From assembly GCA_951406725.2 (NCBI GenBank), contig OX597818.1, forward strand, positions 43,462,001 to 43,526,000: a DNA stretch of 64,000 bases, given 5' to 3'. Below are positions 51,933 through 64,000 of this stretch, piece after piece. Position 1 is the stretch's first letter. Every line of letters starts with the position of its first letter. The DNA is from Octopus vulgaris. Lineage: Eukaryota. The notes under the pieces were generated by a model, which had not been told where the DNA came from, did not search any database, and worked only from the letters and a program-made list of their open reading frames with translations. The position numbers and the translations under genes are program-made.

Positions 51933-52499
51933 GTGCAGAGTATGCGGAGCAATATCGTTACCCACTCTGTTATACTGTTATATGGAAAGAAAGTATGGAT
52001 GATATACTACGTACAAGCAAAAACGATGAAAAAGAAAAACAACTTGCATTCATTCACACTGAGACACCTGACAGAGATTATGAACAACACGTGAAAAGAT
52101 GAGGGCGTTTCCACCCTCATCGTAGAGAAACCAAGCTCCGTAGCATGGAACATAATGGTGCACCAAGGCCTTATATTATATGTATGTGTGTGTGTGTAGA
52201 TAGAGTACTTCATTTTCACAATTGCTTTGCAGGATTCTTGATGGGAAATGATGTACTGACATTGTTATTGTAAATTGGGTGGGTCATGCTGCAAATAAAA
52301 GCACATGCCCTGTTTGAGTTTCACTTCGGTTTTATTAAAAATCAATTATATAATTCATCAATTGTAATCTCTAAGTCTTTTAAAATCCTTTCATCACAGT
52401 CTATTTGTTACCTGATACAAGACCTGTGAGAGGAACAGTAAGCATGCAAAAAGTGCTGATGGAAAAGCGGTACTTAATGAGCACATAATCTTTGAGAAG

Positions 52500-53358
52500 G
52501 ACACATTTTGTTTGGCATGTCCTCTGCAGTCACAGCTCATGTCTCACTGCCATGTAGCATGGCTGTTTGTACACAGGCATCATAAAACCTGCCTTTCACT
52601 CTGAGGAAGAGGCCCTTTGGTAGTTGGTCTCTGAACTTTGCCCAGCCCATTTTTATTCTAGCAGTTACACTTTCAGAACTTCCACCTCCACTGCTAACTT
52701 GGTCACCTAAGTAACAGAAATTGTCTACTACTTCTTAGGAAGTCTCGGGACATTTGAGAGAGTCTATTTTCTGTACACTTCCCTAGTGATTAATGCACCT
52801 GCTCGTCTGCCACATACAAAGACTACTTTCTCTCTCAACTTTCTTATGATACCACTGCACCTCTTATGTGTCCATAGCTTGCACTGAGTACGCTGTGTGG
52901 AGTTTCCTCCAACACCTTTTCTACATATTGAGCAGAGTTGGCTCACTGAAGAGATCAGTGATTTGTCCATTTTCCTACTTACTAAGACTTTGGTCTTTGC
53001 TAAATTAACTCTAAGGCTCTTTGAATTCAAGACCTTGCTGTCACACCTAAAAATTTCTTCTCTGGGTAGAGAAACTCTCAAGAACCACCTGTCTTAAATT
53101 CCTCTGTTATGGCCTGAAGGACTAGGATAAACAAGAGGCAACACCTTTGCCTTTTTAACAGTTGACTTTAATGCTACTACACCAATTGTTAGGTATGACT
53201 CCCTCATGGACAACTTGATATGGGTGACTAGACAACATCCCACTCCCAGATATTTTAAGCATCTCAGCAGTGATTCCTGATGGGCTGGGGGGCTTTCCTT
53301 GTCTTCATATCCTTCATTGCTTTATCCACCAAGCTACTGGTCCATCTGTTGGGTCCAT
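52500..53358 (-). mobile_element. Decayed RTE LINE fragment
   Basis: LRVNLAKTKVLVS, CSICRKGVGGNS...CKLWTHKRCS and KAMKDMKTRKAP. Confidence 0.85.
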
Positions 53359-53456
53359 ACTTAGATACACATTCACACATGTATGTATTGAAACAGATCC
53401 TAACTTCTATCTAACACTAAATGAAATAAAATCCAGATCAGACCTAAGATTTGAAT

Positions 53457-53499
<43 letters not shown>

Positions 53500-53675
53500 C
53501 ACATACCGTAGTGAAACATACTTTGGAATGGTGGTTTTGATAGAAGTTAGGATCTGTTTCAATACATACATGTGTGAATGTGTATCTAAGTATGGACCCA
53601 ACAGATGGACCAGTAGCTTGGTGGATAAAGCAATGAAGGATATGAAGACAAGGAAAGCACCCCCCAGCCCATCAG
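53277..53675. repeat. Near-perfect inverted repeat (135/137-bp arms, (TA)n in spacer)
   Basis: 53277-53411 equals the reverse complement of 53539-53675 apart from a 2-nt indel. Confidence 0.95.
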
Positions 53676-54152
53676 TGTGTGTGCATATATATATGCACAC
53701 ACACACATACACACTTATAAATCTTTGTGTGTGTGTATATATATATTTCTAATTACAAAAATAAAATAGGTGAGGTTAAAAAAAAAAACAAGCAAATTAA
53801 TTTGATGCTCAGGAAAATTGGATGATGTTTTTAATTCATCAAGCTTACGCACTTCTACAAAAAGGATAAATGAGGCGAGAGAAAAATGAAGAGAAATGAA
53901 CAAGTGTGTCTCAATCAGACAGTCACCACATGTTTAAATAATTGTTAATAGGACTGGCAGATTCATTACTGTGCCAGACAAAATACTTTGCAGCTTTTCT
54001 TCTAACTGTACACTCTTGAGTTCAAATGCCACTGGAGTCGACTTTACCTTTCATCCTTTTCGAGTCAATAAAATAAGTACCATTTGAAAACTAGGATCGA
54101 TGAAATTTCTTTATATCCTCCCCTAAAATTATATATATATATATATATATAT

Positions 54153-54310
54153 ATTCTCTCTCCTTGTTTTTTTCTGTGTCCCTTTCTGTAGAAGAGCGTA
54201 GGCTCGAAACATAAAAGACTTTTTTCTATTCCTGAGCGTTATACTAATACATCTGTTTGTTTTGTACACCACCTGTCTTCGTCTTTTGTGTTTTTCGTAA
54301 ACTCTCCCTA
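54153..54310 (+). mobile_element. Short repeat in (TA)n with hammerhead-like hairpin
   Basis: ctgtagaa GAGC gtag GCTC GAAAC; related reverse copies at about 31200-31330 and 60217-60350. Confidence 0.55.
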
Positions 54311-54942
54311 TATATATATAATTTTATATTTCAAGTCAATAAAATAAATACCATTTGAAAACTAGGGTTGATGTAATCTCTTTACCTCCTCCCCTAAAAT
54401 TGTTAGCCTTGTGTCAAAATTTGAAACCAGTGTGCGTGTGTGTGTGTGCACATCATCATTATCGTCATCATCATCATCATTTTATGTTCACATTTCCTTG
54501 TTTTTAGGGATATAGAATTCATTGAGATAGGTCTTCCCATAACTAGCTGCCTTTCCTGTAACCAGCTATCACCTGTTTCCAAGCAAAGTTCCCCATGGCC
54601 AGACATGTTTTTTTTTCTTATGAGAATAAGCAACATTGCTTGTATTATGGTGATGCTTGTTTACAACCTTCACATGAGGTTAATACAAGGAATACATGCA
54701 CATACATATACACATGCACACACACGTGTGTGTGCATATGTGTAACCTACCTAGCATATATTAAGTATATTAAGTGATGATGGCATATATATGTTGATGA
54801 TGACATATATAAATATATATATGTTTTCATCCAAGATGGAGACGAACAACAATATCCCATGTGACAATATTTATCCACCAATGTGATGTTGAGCACTCAT
54901 TCTCACTGTTCAATATTAAAGTGTGTGTGTATGTATGTATGT

Positions 54943-54978
<36 letters not shown>

Positions 54979-56109
54979 TTATCATCATCATTTAATGTCT
55001 GTTGTCCTTGCTGGCATGGGTTGGACAGTTTGACCAAAGCTGGGGAGCTGCACCAAACTCCAGTCTGATTTGGCATGCTTTCTACAGATGGATCCCTTCC
55101 TATATGTCTTTCAAATGTTGGGCCTCACAAAGGCAATGACAAGAGACTGAGACCGCTGGAGATATGCTGTGATTGAGAAGACCCGGCAAGTAAAATGAGC
55201 TCACAGCCATAGCCTATACCAATGTCGCATAACCAGCCCATTTAAAAAGTACCTTTGAATTGTCAGGTGATACGCCATGCTTGGGAAGACCTATTGAGTC
55301 AAGTAAAATCATAACACAGTCAAATGGAAATTGTAGTTATGGCTGATGCCGGTGCCACCTGACTGGCTCTCATGCTGGTGGAACACAGTAAGTACCATTC
55401 ATGCGTGGGTTGTTGCCAGTGCCGCCTGACTGGCTCCCCGTGCTGGTGGCATGTAAAAAGCACTGTCCAAACATGTAATGCTTTTCTCTAGAGAGAAAAC
55501 TAGGAGAAAAAGTAAGAATAGTTATTAGTGGTGTGATATAATCTAGTAACAGTTCAATTTAGGAGTATGGAGGGAAGTCTGCATGTTGTCATCTCAGATA
55601 TCCAGGTTAGGATTGCTATTTTAGCACACAGAATCTAGATCTCTGCTTCCATGTCTACATTACAAGATTTCTGTTGCTTGTGTATGCAGTGTTCCGAATA
55701 TTTTCCATTGCAAGTTGTGTTGTGCATTATATTCTTTAAGTGTAACTGGATAGTGTAGTAGTATTCCTTCTTGCCAGGTTATGGAAGGAATGTTTATGCT
55801 GGCAGTAGGTCCTTAAGAGATTGGTGGTGAGGCCTATGTACACTTTGCATATATTGTTGGTTTTTGCTGTACATAGGTATACATAGTTTTAAAGACATTT
55901 AGTGTTAAGAAAGCACTGGCTGATTGTAATATAGTTATTTCTATGTTAACCCTGTTGTTGTAATTGTTGTAAATTATGTCACTATTAATATTATTACTGT
56001 TACAATAACTACCACAATTACCTCTATTATTATTGTTGGTTATGTTAATAATACTATAATTATTATTTCTATTCAGTTTAGCTAAGTTTGAGAAGGAAAA
56101 TTTTACAGT

Positions 56110-56321
56110 ACAGTAATCCCACGCCATATCACGGCTTATTATTTAAGCTTATGTCAATTCCTCCTTGGTGTTGTTTTGCATTTATAATTAAAAAATATAT
56201 CTACAAATTATAAAAATAATATTAAAAATTATAGAGTACAGTACTGTTTCTACTTCATGGATTTTCACCCATCACGGTAGGGTTTGGAGCATAACACCTG
56301 TGATAGTTGAGGGATTACTTT
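56110..56321. mobile_element. Possible pogo/Tigger-type MITE
   Basis: ta|cagtaatccc...gggattact ends; degenerate. Confidence 0.4.
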
Positions 56322-56496
56322 ATTGCAATTGTAGATCTTATGGTAGAGGGAAAGTCTTGCTTAGTTAAGAGAAGAATATTAAAACAATTAGTGCAGTGGC
56401 TTAAAAGAAAATTAATCAAACCACATACAAGGTGGTTTGATTAATTTTCTGTCATATATTTGTATATACATGCATGCTTTTATCTATGTCTAAGGT

Positions 56497-56577
<81 letters not shown>

Positions 56578-56786
56578 GTAATGGTGTCAGTGAGACCCAA
56601 AGGTATCAGGTAATGCTGAGTAAGTGCTATGGATAGGCCATAGTTAATTTCCAGGTTGGGTGATTATGTGAATAAGGGGTCCAATGTAGGTCATATATCA
56701 GCGTGTGTATATAAAATTTTTTTTTCGGTAATGAGGTAAAAAACCAAGGCTGTGTAGATTTTAGAAAATTTATAAATAGAAGGTCG

Positions 56787-56823
<37 letters not shown>

Positions 56824-57788
56824 TATTTATTTGGTTTTACTTTGCTTCAGCGTTATTTATTTTTTTACATTAATCTTTATCTTATTTTGGCCAGAGTTCT
56901 TTCGTCACACTCCTGTGACCGCATCAGTGGTCCTTTGCTTTCTTCTTTCTTATTTGTGTGTCTCTCCTTACTAACCGTCAGTCATTTTGTATTTCTTTTG
57001 TATGTGTCTTCATTTGCGTATGCGTATATCTCTATATGCGTCTATGTTTAGTTAGTGTGTGGTGGGGGATGCCTGTAATATTTGTATCTCCTGTTTATAT
57101 ATGTTCATGTAATTTGTTTTTGTTTATTCTTATTTTGTTCATGTGTTTACACCCACTTATTATTATTACTATCATTATCATTAATGATGATGATCATCAT
57201 CATCGTTTAACGTCCGTTTTCCGCGCTAGCACGGGTTGGACGGTTCGACCGGGGTCTGGGGAGCCAGGGGCTGCCCCAGGCTCGAGTCTGATCTGGCAGT
57301 GTTTCTACAGCTGGATGCCCTTCCTAACGCCAACCACTCCGCGAGTGTAGTGGGTGCTTTTTACGTGCCACCTGCACAGGTGCCAGAGGGGTCTGGCATC
57401 GGCCACGATCAGTTGGTGCTTTTTTTTTTTTTTTTTTTTATATATATATAAAACTGGCACTTCATTGCTTACAACAATGAGGGTTCCAGTTGAGCCAGTC
57501 AACAGAACAGCTTGCTCATGAAATTAAGGAGCAAGTGGCTGAGAGCTCCACAGACGTTAATGTAGTTTTCAGGGGGATTCAGCATGACACAGAACGTGAC
57601 AAGGCTGGCCCTTTGAAATACAGGTACTACACATTCTTGCCAGCTATGTGAACTGGACCAATGTGAAATAAAGTGTCTTGCTCAAGGACGCAACATGCTA
57701 CCATGAATCGAACTCACAACCTTATGATTATGAGTGAGTGAGCACTCTAACCACTAAGTCATGCGCTTTCACTATATATATATATATT

Positions 57789-57941
57789 TGTAAATGTAAT
57801 ATGTGACAATTATTCGATAGCCATGATAAAACTTCCAATGGCCAGATAACTGAAGAGATGGCAGCGTGGATTTCCACCTTGGCATCCAAAACTCGGAGCT
57901 TTATCATGACTACCGAATAATCGTCACATATTACATTTACA
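57789..57941. repeat. Hairpin with 45-bp arms and a hammerhead-like loop
   Basis: tgtaaatgtaatatgtgacaattattcgatagccatgataaa pairs with tttatcatgactaccgaataatcgtcacatattacatttaca. Confidence 0.85.
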
Positions 57942-58106
57942 GATAAATTCCCCTATTTACATAATATCGAGGTCTCTTTCTTTCTTTTGTTGTCTTACCA
58001 TTTTTATCAACATATATATATATATATAATAATAATAAGAATAAATAATTTTATAATTGTTTAAAAAACCAACAATTATTTACTGGTATATATTAATGGT
58101 AGGAAT

Positions 58107-58147
<41 letters not shown>

Positions 58148-58148
58148 A

Positions 58149-58201
<53 letters not shown>

Positions 58202-60554
58202 CACACACATACAATCATCATTTAACATTCATTGTCCATGCGGGCATGTGTTGGACAGCTTGACTGGGCTGACACGCTGGAAGGCTACACCAGGCTCCTG
58301 TCTAATTTGGTATGCTTTTCTACAGCTGGATGCCTTTCCTAACGCCTACCACTCCGACAGTGTAATGGGTGCCTTTACATGCCACTGGCAAGGGTGCCGT
58401 TTGAATGACACTGGCATCTGCCATGACTACAATTTTGCTCAGCTTGATGGGTCTTCTTCTCAAGCACGACATAATGCCAATAGTCTTGGTCATTGCCTAT
58501 ATATACATGCACACACACATACATATACCTTATGGGCTTTCATAGTTTCCATGTACTAGTTTAACTCATATAAGGCATTGGTTGGCTTGAACCTAATTTA
58601 GAAGACACTTGAGTAAGGTGTTGTACTGTAGATTTGAACCCAAAAGTACATGGTTTCAAAGGGGATTTTATTACCACATAGTCATACCTGTGCTTATATA
58701 CCCACATGCATTAGGTACATATATCATCATCATCATTTTTTGCCTAATTTTCTATATTCATATGGGTCAAATAGAAATTTTTTAGACAAATGTTCTAGTC
58801 AGATGCCCTTCCTCTTACCAACTCTCACCTGTTTCCGATTTACTAATATTTCCCCATGGCTGGACATGTTTTCATGGAAGATTGAAAATGAGAGGCAGCA
58901 CTTGTATGATAGTAACACTTGTTTGTAACTGTCATGTGATGACATCATCATCATCGTTTAACATCCACTTTCCATGCTAGCATAGGTTGGATGGTTCAAC
59001 TTGGGTCTGGGAAGCCAGAAGGCTGCACCAGGCCCAGTCTGATCTGGCAGTGTTTCTACGGCTGGATGCCCTTTCTAACGCCAACCACTCCATGAGTGTA
59101 GTGGGTGCTTGACATGATAAGAAGATATCAACACACACATATATACAGGTCAGGCTTCTTTCAGTTTCTATCTTACAAGGCTTTGGTTGACCCAAGACAC
59201 TTGCCCAAGGTGCCATACAATGGGGATGATCCCAAAACCATGTGGTTGGGAAGCTATCTTCTTAACCACACAGCCATGCTTGTGACTATATATATTTGTA
59301 TCTGTTTCACACTCTCTCTCTCTTTCTCATATATATATATAATAACTGTATATAATATATACCATAATGATATTCAATCTCCGATTTTAAAGCAACAATT
59401 TTTAGATATAAACAAATTACCGAAAATATGTATCTCTATATATATATGTGTGTGTGTGTGTGTTTTTGTCCATGCATTCAATCCACTTATTAACTTAGAA
59501 GTAGACACACCCAATGTGAAATTATTTTCCTCCTCTATCAAAAAACATTTTGTATCCCAATATAGATGTCATAAATTATCATTATCATTTAACATCCATT
59601 TTCACCATGTTGTTATCAGTTGGACTGGTTTCACAGCATCTCAATTTTTCAGCATCCGCCATATACAACTAAGAAAATAGCCAGCCTTTGTTATTGTGTA
59701 TGAATGTCTTCTGTGGCACAATTTCTGTTTTCCAGCTGAATGGTCTTTCTATCATCAACCACTTTACAGCATGGACTAGGGATATTTTTTCATACCATTG
59801 GCATTTGTTCATTCATTCGGTTTTTTCTGTGCTGATGTGGTAAGATGAATATATATTGAAGCATTATTTTTACGGCTGGATGCCCTTCTTGTCACTAATC
59901 CTTATCTGTTTCCAAGCAAACTCACTTTTCATTCCATACGTCATTAAAAATGCAGAGATGGCAGACAATTTGTTGATAAGCAGATTATCATAAATTATGC
60001 CATTACAAAATGTAAACATTCTCACATAGATACAACATTTAATGTTTGTCTTCCATGCTGTCATCTTTGAACTGTTCAGCTGGATCTCGTCAATTTGAGA
60101 ACTGTGTTGAGCTCCAGTGTTTGCTTTGGCATAGTTTTTATGGTTGGATGCCATCACAGCACCAACCACTTTACAACGTATACTGGGTCACACACACACA
60201 CACATATATATATATAGGGAGAATTCACAACAAAAAAAACAAAAGACAACAAACAGATGTTTTAGTATAATGCTCGGGAAGTGAAAAGTCTTTAACGTTT
60301 CAAGCCGAGAAAATAAAGAATGTGTAGTGGCTAGCGATCTATCATGGCGAATATATATATGACAGGCCTTGTACAGCTTCTGTCTATCTACAAGATTCTC
60401 TCACAAGACATCAATCAACATTTGGGCAATGGCTGCATAGACATAGCAAAGTACCACACTGTAGAAGTGAACCCTGAAACACATGGTTGCACAGCAAACT
60501 TCTTAACCACACACCTATGCCTGCACCTGTGTGTTTGTGTGTGTCTGTATAAAT

Positions 60555-60752
60555 TACTCTTTTACTTTTTTACTTGTTTCAGTCATTTGACTGTGGCCAT
60601 GCTGGAGCACCGCCTTTAATCGAGCAACTCGACCCCGGGACTTATTCTTTTATAAGCCCAGTACTTATTCTATTGGTCTCTTTTGCTGAACCGCTAAGTA
60701 ATGGGGACATAAACACACCAGCATCGGTTGTCAAGCAATGCTAGGGGGACAA

Positions 60753-60797
<45 letters not shown>

Positions 60798-60963
60798 TAC
60801 GACGGGCTTCTTTCAGTTTCCGTCTACCAAATCCACTCACAAGGCTTTGGTCGACCCGAGGCCATAGTAGAAGACACTTGCCCAAGGTGCCACACTGTGG
60901 GACTGAACCCGGAACCATGTGGTTGGTAAACAAGCTACTTACCACACAGTCACTCCTGCGCCT
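60555..60963 (-). mobile_element. tRNA-derived SINE, family A
   Basis: Full-length reverse copy. Confidence 0.9.
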
Positions 60964-61338
60964 ATGTATATAATTGTATATAAAACTATTATATAAATGC
61001 AGTGATGAGTAAAATATATGGATATCTCCCATAGTAAAGTTTAGTATGCTGTCAGTAATTTACATAACAGAACAATAACTGAAAATGGTTCAAGCATTCA
61101 AATCAGACTACCTCTTTAAATACAATTTTACAGCAGCAGTTAATGATTGCTGATGAAAGTTTAATGATATTCCAAACAGTTTTTTCCTATCCACAGTGAT
61201 AGCTGTATTAACATAACAGATGTTTATGACTGTCTTATAGTAAATTTATTTAATTTATGATTGCTGTGACTGGTAAAATCTATGGATATATCACATAATA
61301 AAGTTTAGTGTAATTATTTATACATGTGTGTTTCTCTC

Positions 61339-61390
<52 letters not shown>

Positions 61391-61634
61391 TACACACTTC
61401 ATTTTTGGATTTGGTTTACAAGACTCTTTCTGTGAGTTCATGTGTTGAAGCATATTTTATTGTGTCTAGGGAGAGTCATTATCTTTTAGTAAAGTTTCCA
61501 CTCATTTACTTATTTATTTTTCCTAAATAAAAGAAAAATAAATAAGTAAATGAGTGGAAACTTTACCAGTGAGTGTGTTAAATAATAAAGCACTAAAAAG
61601 AGAATGACTATATACATATATATATATATATATA

Positions 61635-63540
61635 TCATCATCATAATTTAACATCCATTGTCCATGCTGATTTGACCAAGGGTGGCCCGTTGGAAGGCTG
61701 CACCAGATTCCAGTCTGATTTGGCATGGTTTCTACAGCTGGATGCCCTTCCTAACGCCAACCACTCCAAGAGTGTAATGGGTGCTTTTTACGTACCACTG
61801 GCATAGATGCCATTTGTGTGACACCAGTATCTGCCACGACTGCAATTTTACTTGGCTTGATGGCTCTTCTTCTCAAGCACAGCATAATGCCAAATGTCTT
61901 GGTCATTGCCTCTGTGGAGCCCAACACTTGAAAAGAGCTTTTCACTGGCATCAGTCACATTGTCCCCATGAGGCCCAGTGTTTGAAAGGTGCTTTTTACT
62001 TGCCACCAGCATGGATGCCAGTTACGTGACAGCAGCATTAGCCACAATTATGATTTCTCTTGGCTTGACGGGTCTTCTCAAGCACAGCATATTGTCAAAG
62101 GTCTTGATCTCTAATCATTGCCTCTGTGAGGCTCAAAGTCCAAAGATCATGCTTCACCACCTCATCCCATGTCTTCGTGAGTCTACCTCTACCACAGGTT
62201 CCATCCACAGTTAGAGATCAGTACTTCTTTACGCAGCTGTCCTCGTCCATATGCATCACATGACTATACCAGCACAGTCATCTCTCTTGCACACCACGCC
62301 TGATGCCTCTTATGCCAACTTTTCTCTCAAGATGCTTAGACTCTGTCATCCATGCTCACTGACATTGCACATCCAGTGAAGCATGCTGGCTTCATTTCTT
62401 TCAAATTTGCATATGTCCTCAGCTGTCAGCCCATGTTTCACTGCTGTGTAGCATAGCTTTTTGCACATGGGCATCATGCAATCTGCCTTTCACTCTGAGG
62501 GAAAGCCCTTTGTTGCCAGCAGAGGTAGGAGCTCTCTGAACTTTGCCCAGCCTATTCTTATTCACACAGCTATGCTCTCAGAGCATGCATCTCCACTATT
62601 AACTTGGTCACCTAGATAACAGAAGCTATCTTCTATCTCTAGGTCACCCCTTGGCAGTTGATGGAATGTCTTATCTGTACATTGTTGGTGTTTATTGTAC
62701 CTGTGCATCTTCCATACACAAAAACTATTTTCCTTGTTAACCTTCCTCTGATATTGTTGCACCTCTCATGTGTCCATAGCTTACACTGAGTACATCTTAT
62801 GGAGTTTCTACCTGTGCCTTTTCTACAGATCGAGCAGGGCCATCTACCCAAAGAGATTTGTGATTTGTCTGCCTTCTTACTATGACTTTGGTTTTTGCTA
62901 GGTTAACTCTAAGATTCTAGACCTTGCTTCCATACTGAAACTTTTTTTCTAGTTCTGATAGTAATTCAGCTATAAGAACAAGATCATCTTGAATTCTTCA
63001 CTGTACTTGTTGCCAACTCTCAGCTTACTGGTAGCATCCCTGTAGATGGCTTGTACAGCTCTCACCAACCACTTGCCTATCCCTAGCTTCCACATTGACC
63101 ATCAGATAAGGGATCTGGGGACCCTGTCAAAAGCTTTCTCCAAGTCAACAAAGCCAAGTACAGAGGTTTATCTTTGGCTATGTATTTCTCCTGCAGCTGC
63201 CTTGCCAGAAATATAGCATCAATGGTGCTTCTCCCTGACACAAAACTAAACTGCATCTCATCTAGACTAACTCCCTCCCTAATTAGTTGGGCTATGACCC
63301 TCTCTTTAATTTTCATCACCTGATCCAACAATTTGATACCTCTGTAATTATTTCTATCTATGGCATCACCTTTACCTTTGTAGCAGTCATTGGGTATGAC
63401 TCCTTCATGAACCACTTGATTTACAATACGGATGACTACACCATAACACACCCCACCAGATATTTTAATCATCTCAGCGGTGATTCATGATGGGCCAAGG
63501 GCTTTCCCTGTCTTCATATTCTTAATTGTTTTATTTACCT
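61635..63540 (-). mobile_element. 5'-truncated RTE-clade LINE
   Basis: YKGKGDAIDRNNYRGIKLL, QFSFVSGRSTIDAIF, GRWPCSICRKG; tail at about 61635. Abuts a plus-strand tail copy at 63540-63840. Confidence 0.9.
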
Positions 63541-64000
63541 GTGCAAATTTGAGTGAGGGCGTTGCCAGTGCCACTGGACTGGCTCCTGTGCAGGTGACAC
63601 ATAAAAACACCATTTGAGTGTGACCGTTGCCAGTACCGCCTGACTGGCCCTCGTGCTGGTGGCATGTAAAAGCACCCACTACACTCTCTGAGTGGTTGGC
63701 GTTAGGAAGGGCATCCAGCTGTAGAAACTCTGCAAGATCAGATTGGAGCCTGGTGCAGCCATCTGGCTCACCAGTCCCCAGTCAAACCGTCCAACCCATG
63801 CTAGCATGGAAAGTGGATGTTAAATAATGATGATGATGATATATATAGGAGACCAAAAGTGTACATATGTATATATAAAAAATCAAAACAAAAAATGGAA
63901 CAAGAACGTAACAGGCGACAACAAAACATTCGAGCAATTAGACAATACAAAAAAGACAGGAAAAAATGAGGATGGGTCATTCAGAGCTTTCAGTCATCAG

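Noticed and set aside
52233-52437. Plus-strand second exons for the 50429 candidate
   Set aside because: Both acceptor-donor units have stops in the required phase 0.
56498-56577. Perfect palindrome (CT)n(TA)n(AG)n
   Set aside because: Explained by simple microsatellites; low information.
61002-61082. C/D box snoRNA (GTGATGA...CTGA)
   Set aside because: No terminal stem or recognisable rRNA guide; the boxes are expected by chance in AT-rich DNA.

Overview
AT-rich, repeat-dense animal genomic DNA. The SINE/LINE families and microsatellite load suggest an octopod cephalopod; this is inference from recalled repeat families. Almost all ORFs in the supplied track are artefacts of microsatellites or decayed transposons. 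Reading splice signals by hand gives a phase-consistent 5-exon minus-strand gene (15180 to 252) encoding an unrecognised 89-aa protein, plus weaker candidate exons near CpG-retaining, promoter-like zones (about 15.1-16.6 kb and 42.9-52 kb). Mobile DNA includes several tRNA-derived SINE families, RTE-, CR1- and CRE-like LINE remnants, a gag-knuckle ORF1 remnant, mariner and piggyBac-type MITEs, and non-autonomous Helitrons. The most notable signal is a set of short non-coding elements carrying minimal hammerhead-ribozyme motifs (two look intact), arranged in partial tandem or fold-back structures like Penelope pseudo-LTRs or retrozymes, together with many long inverted repeats. Repeat boundaries are approximate; exon and ribozyme coordinates were counted by hand.
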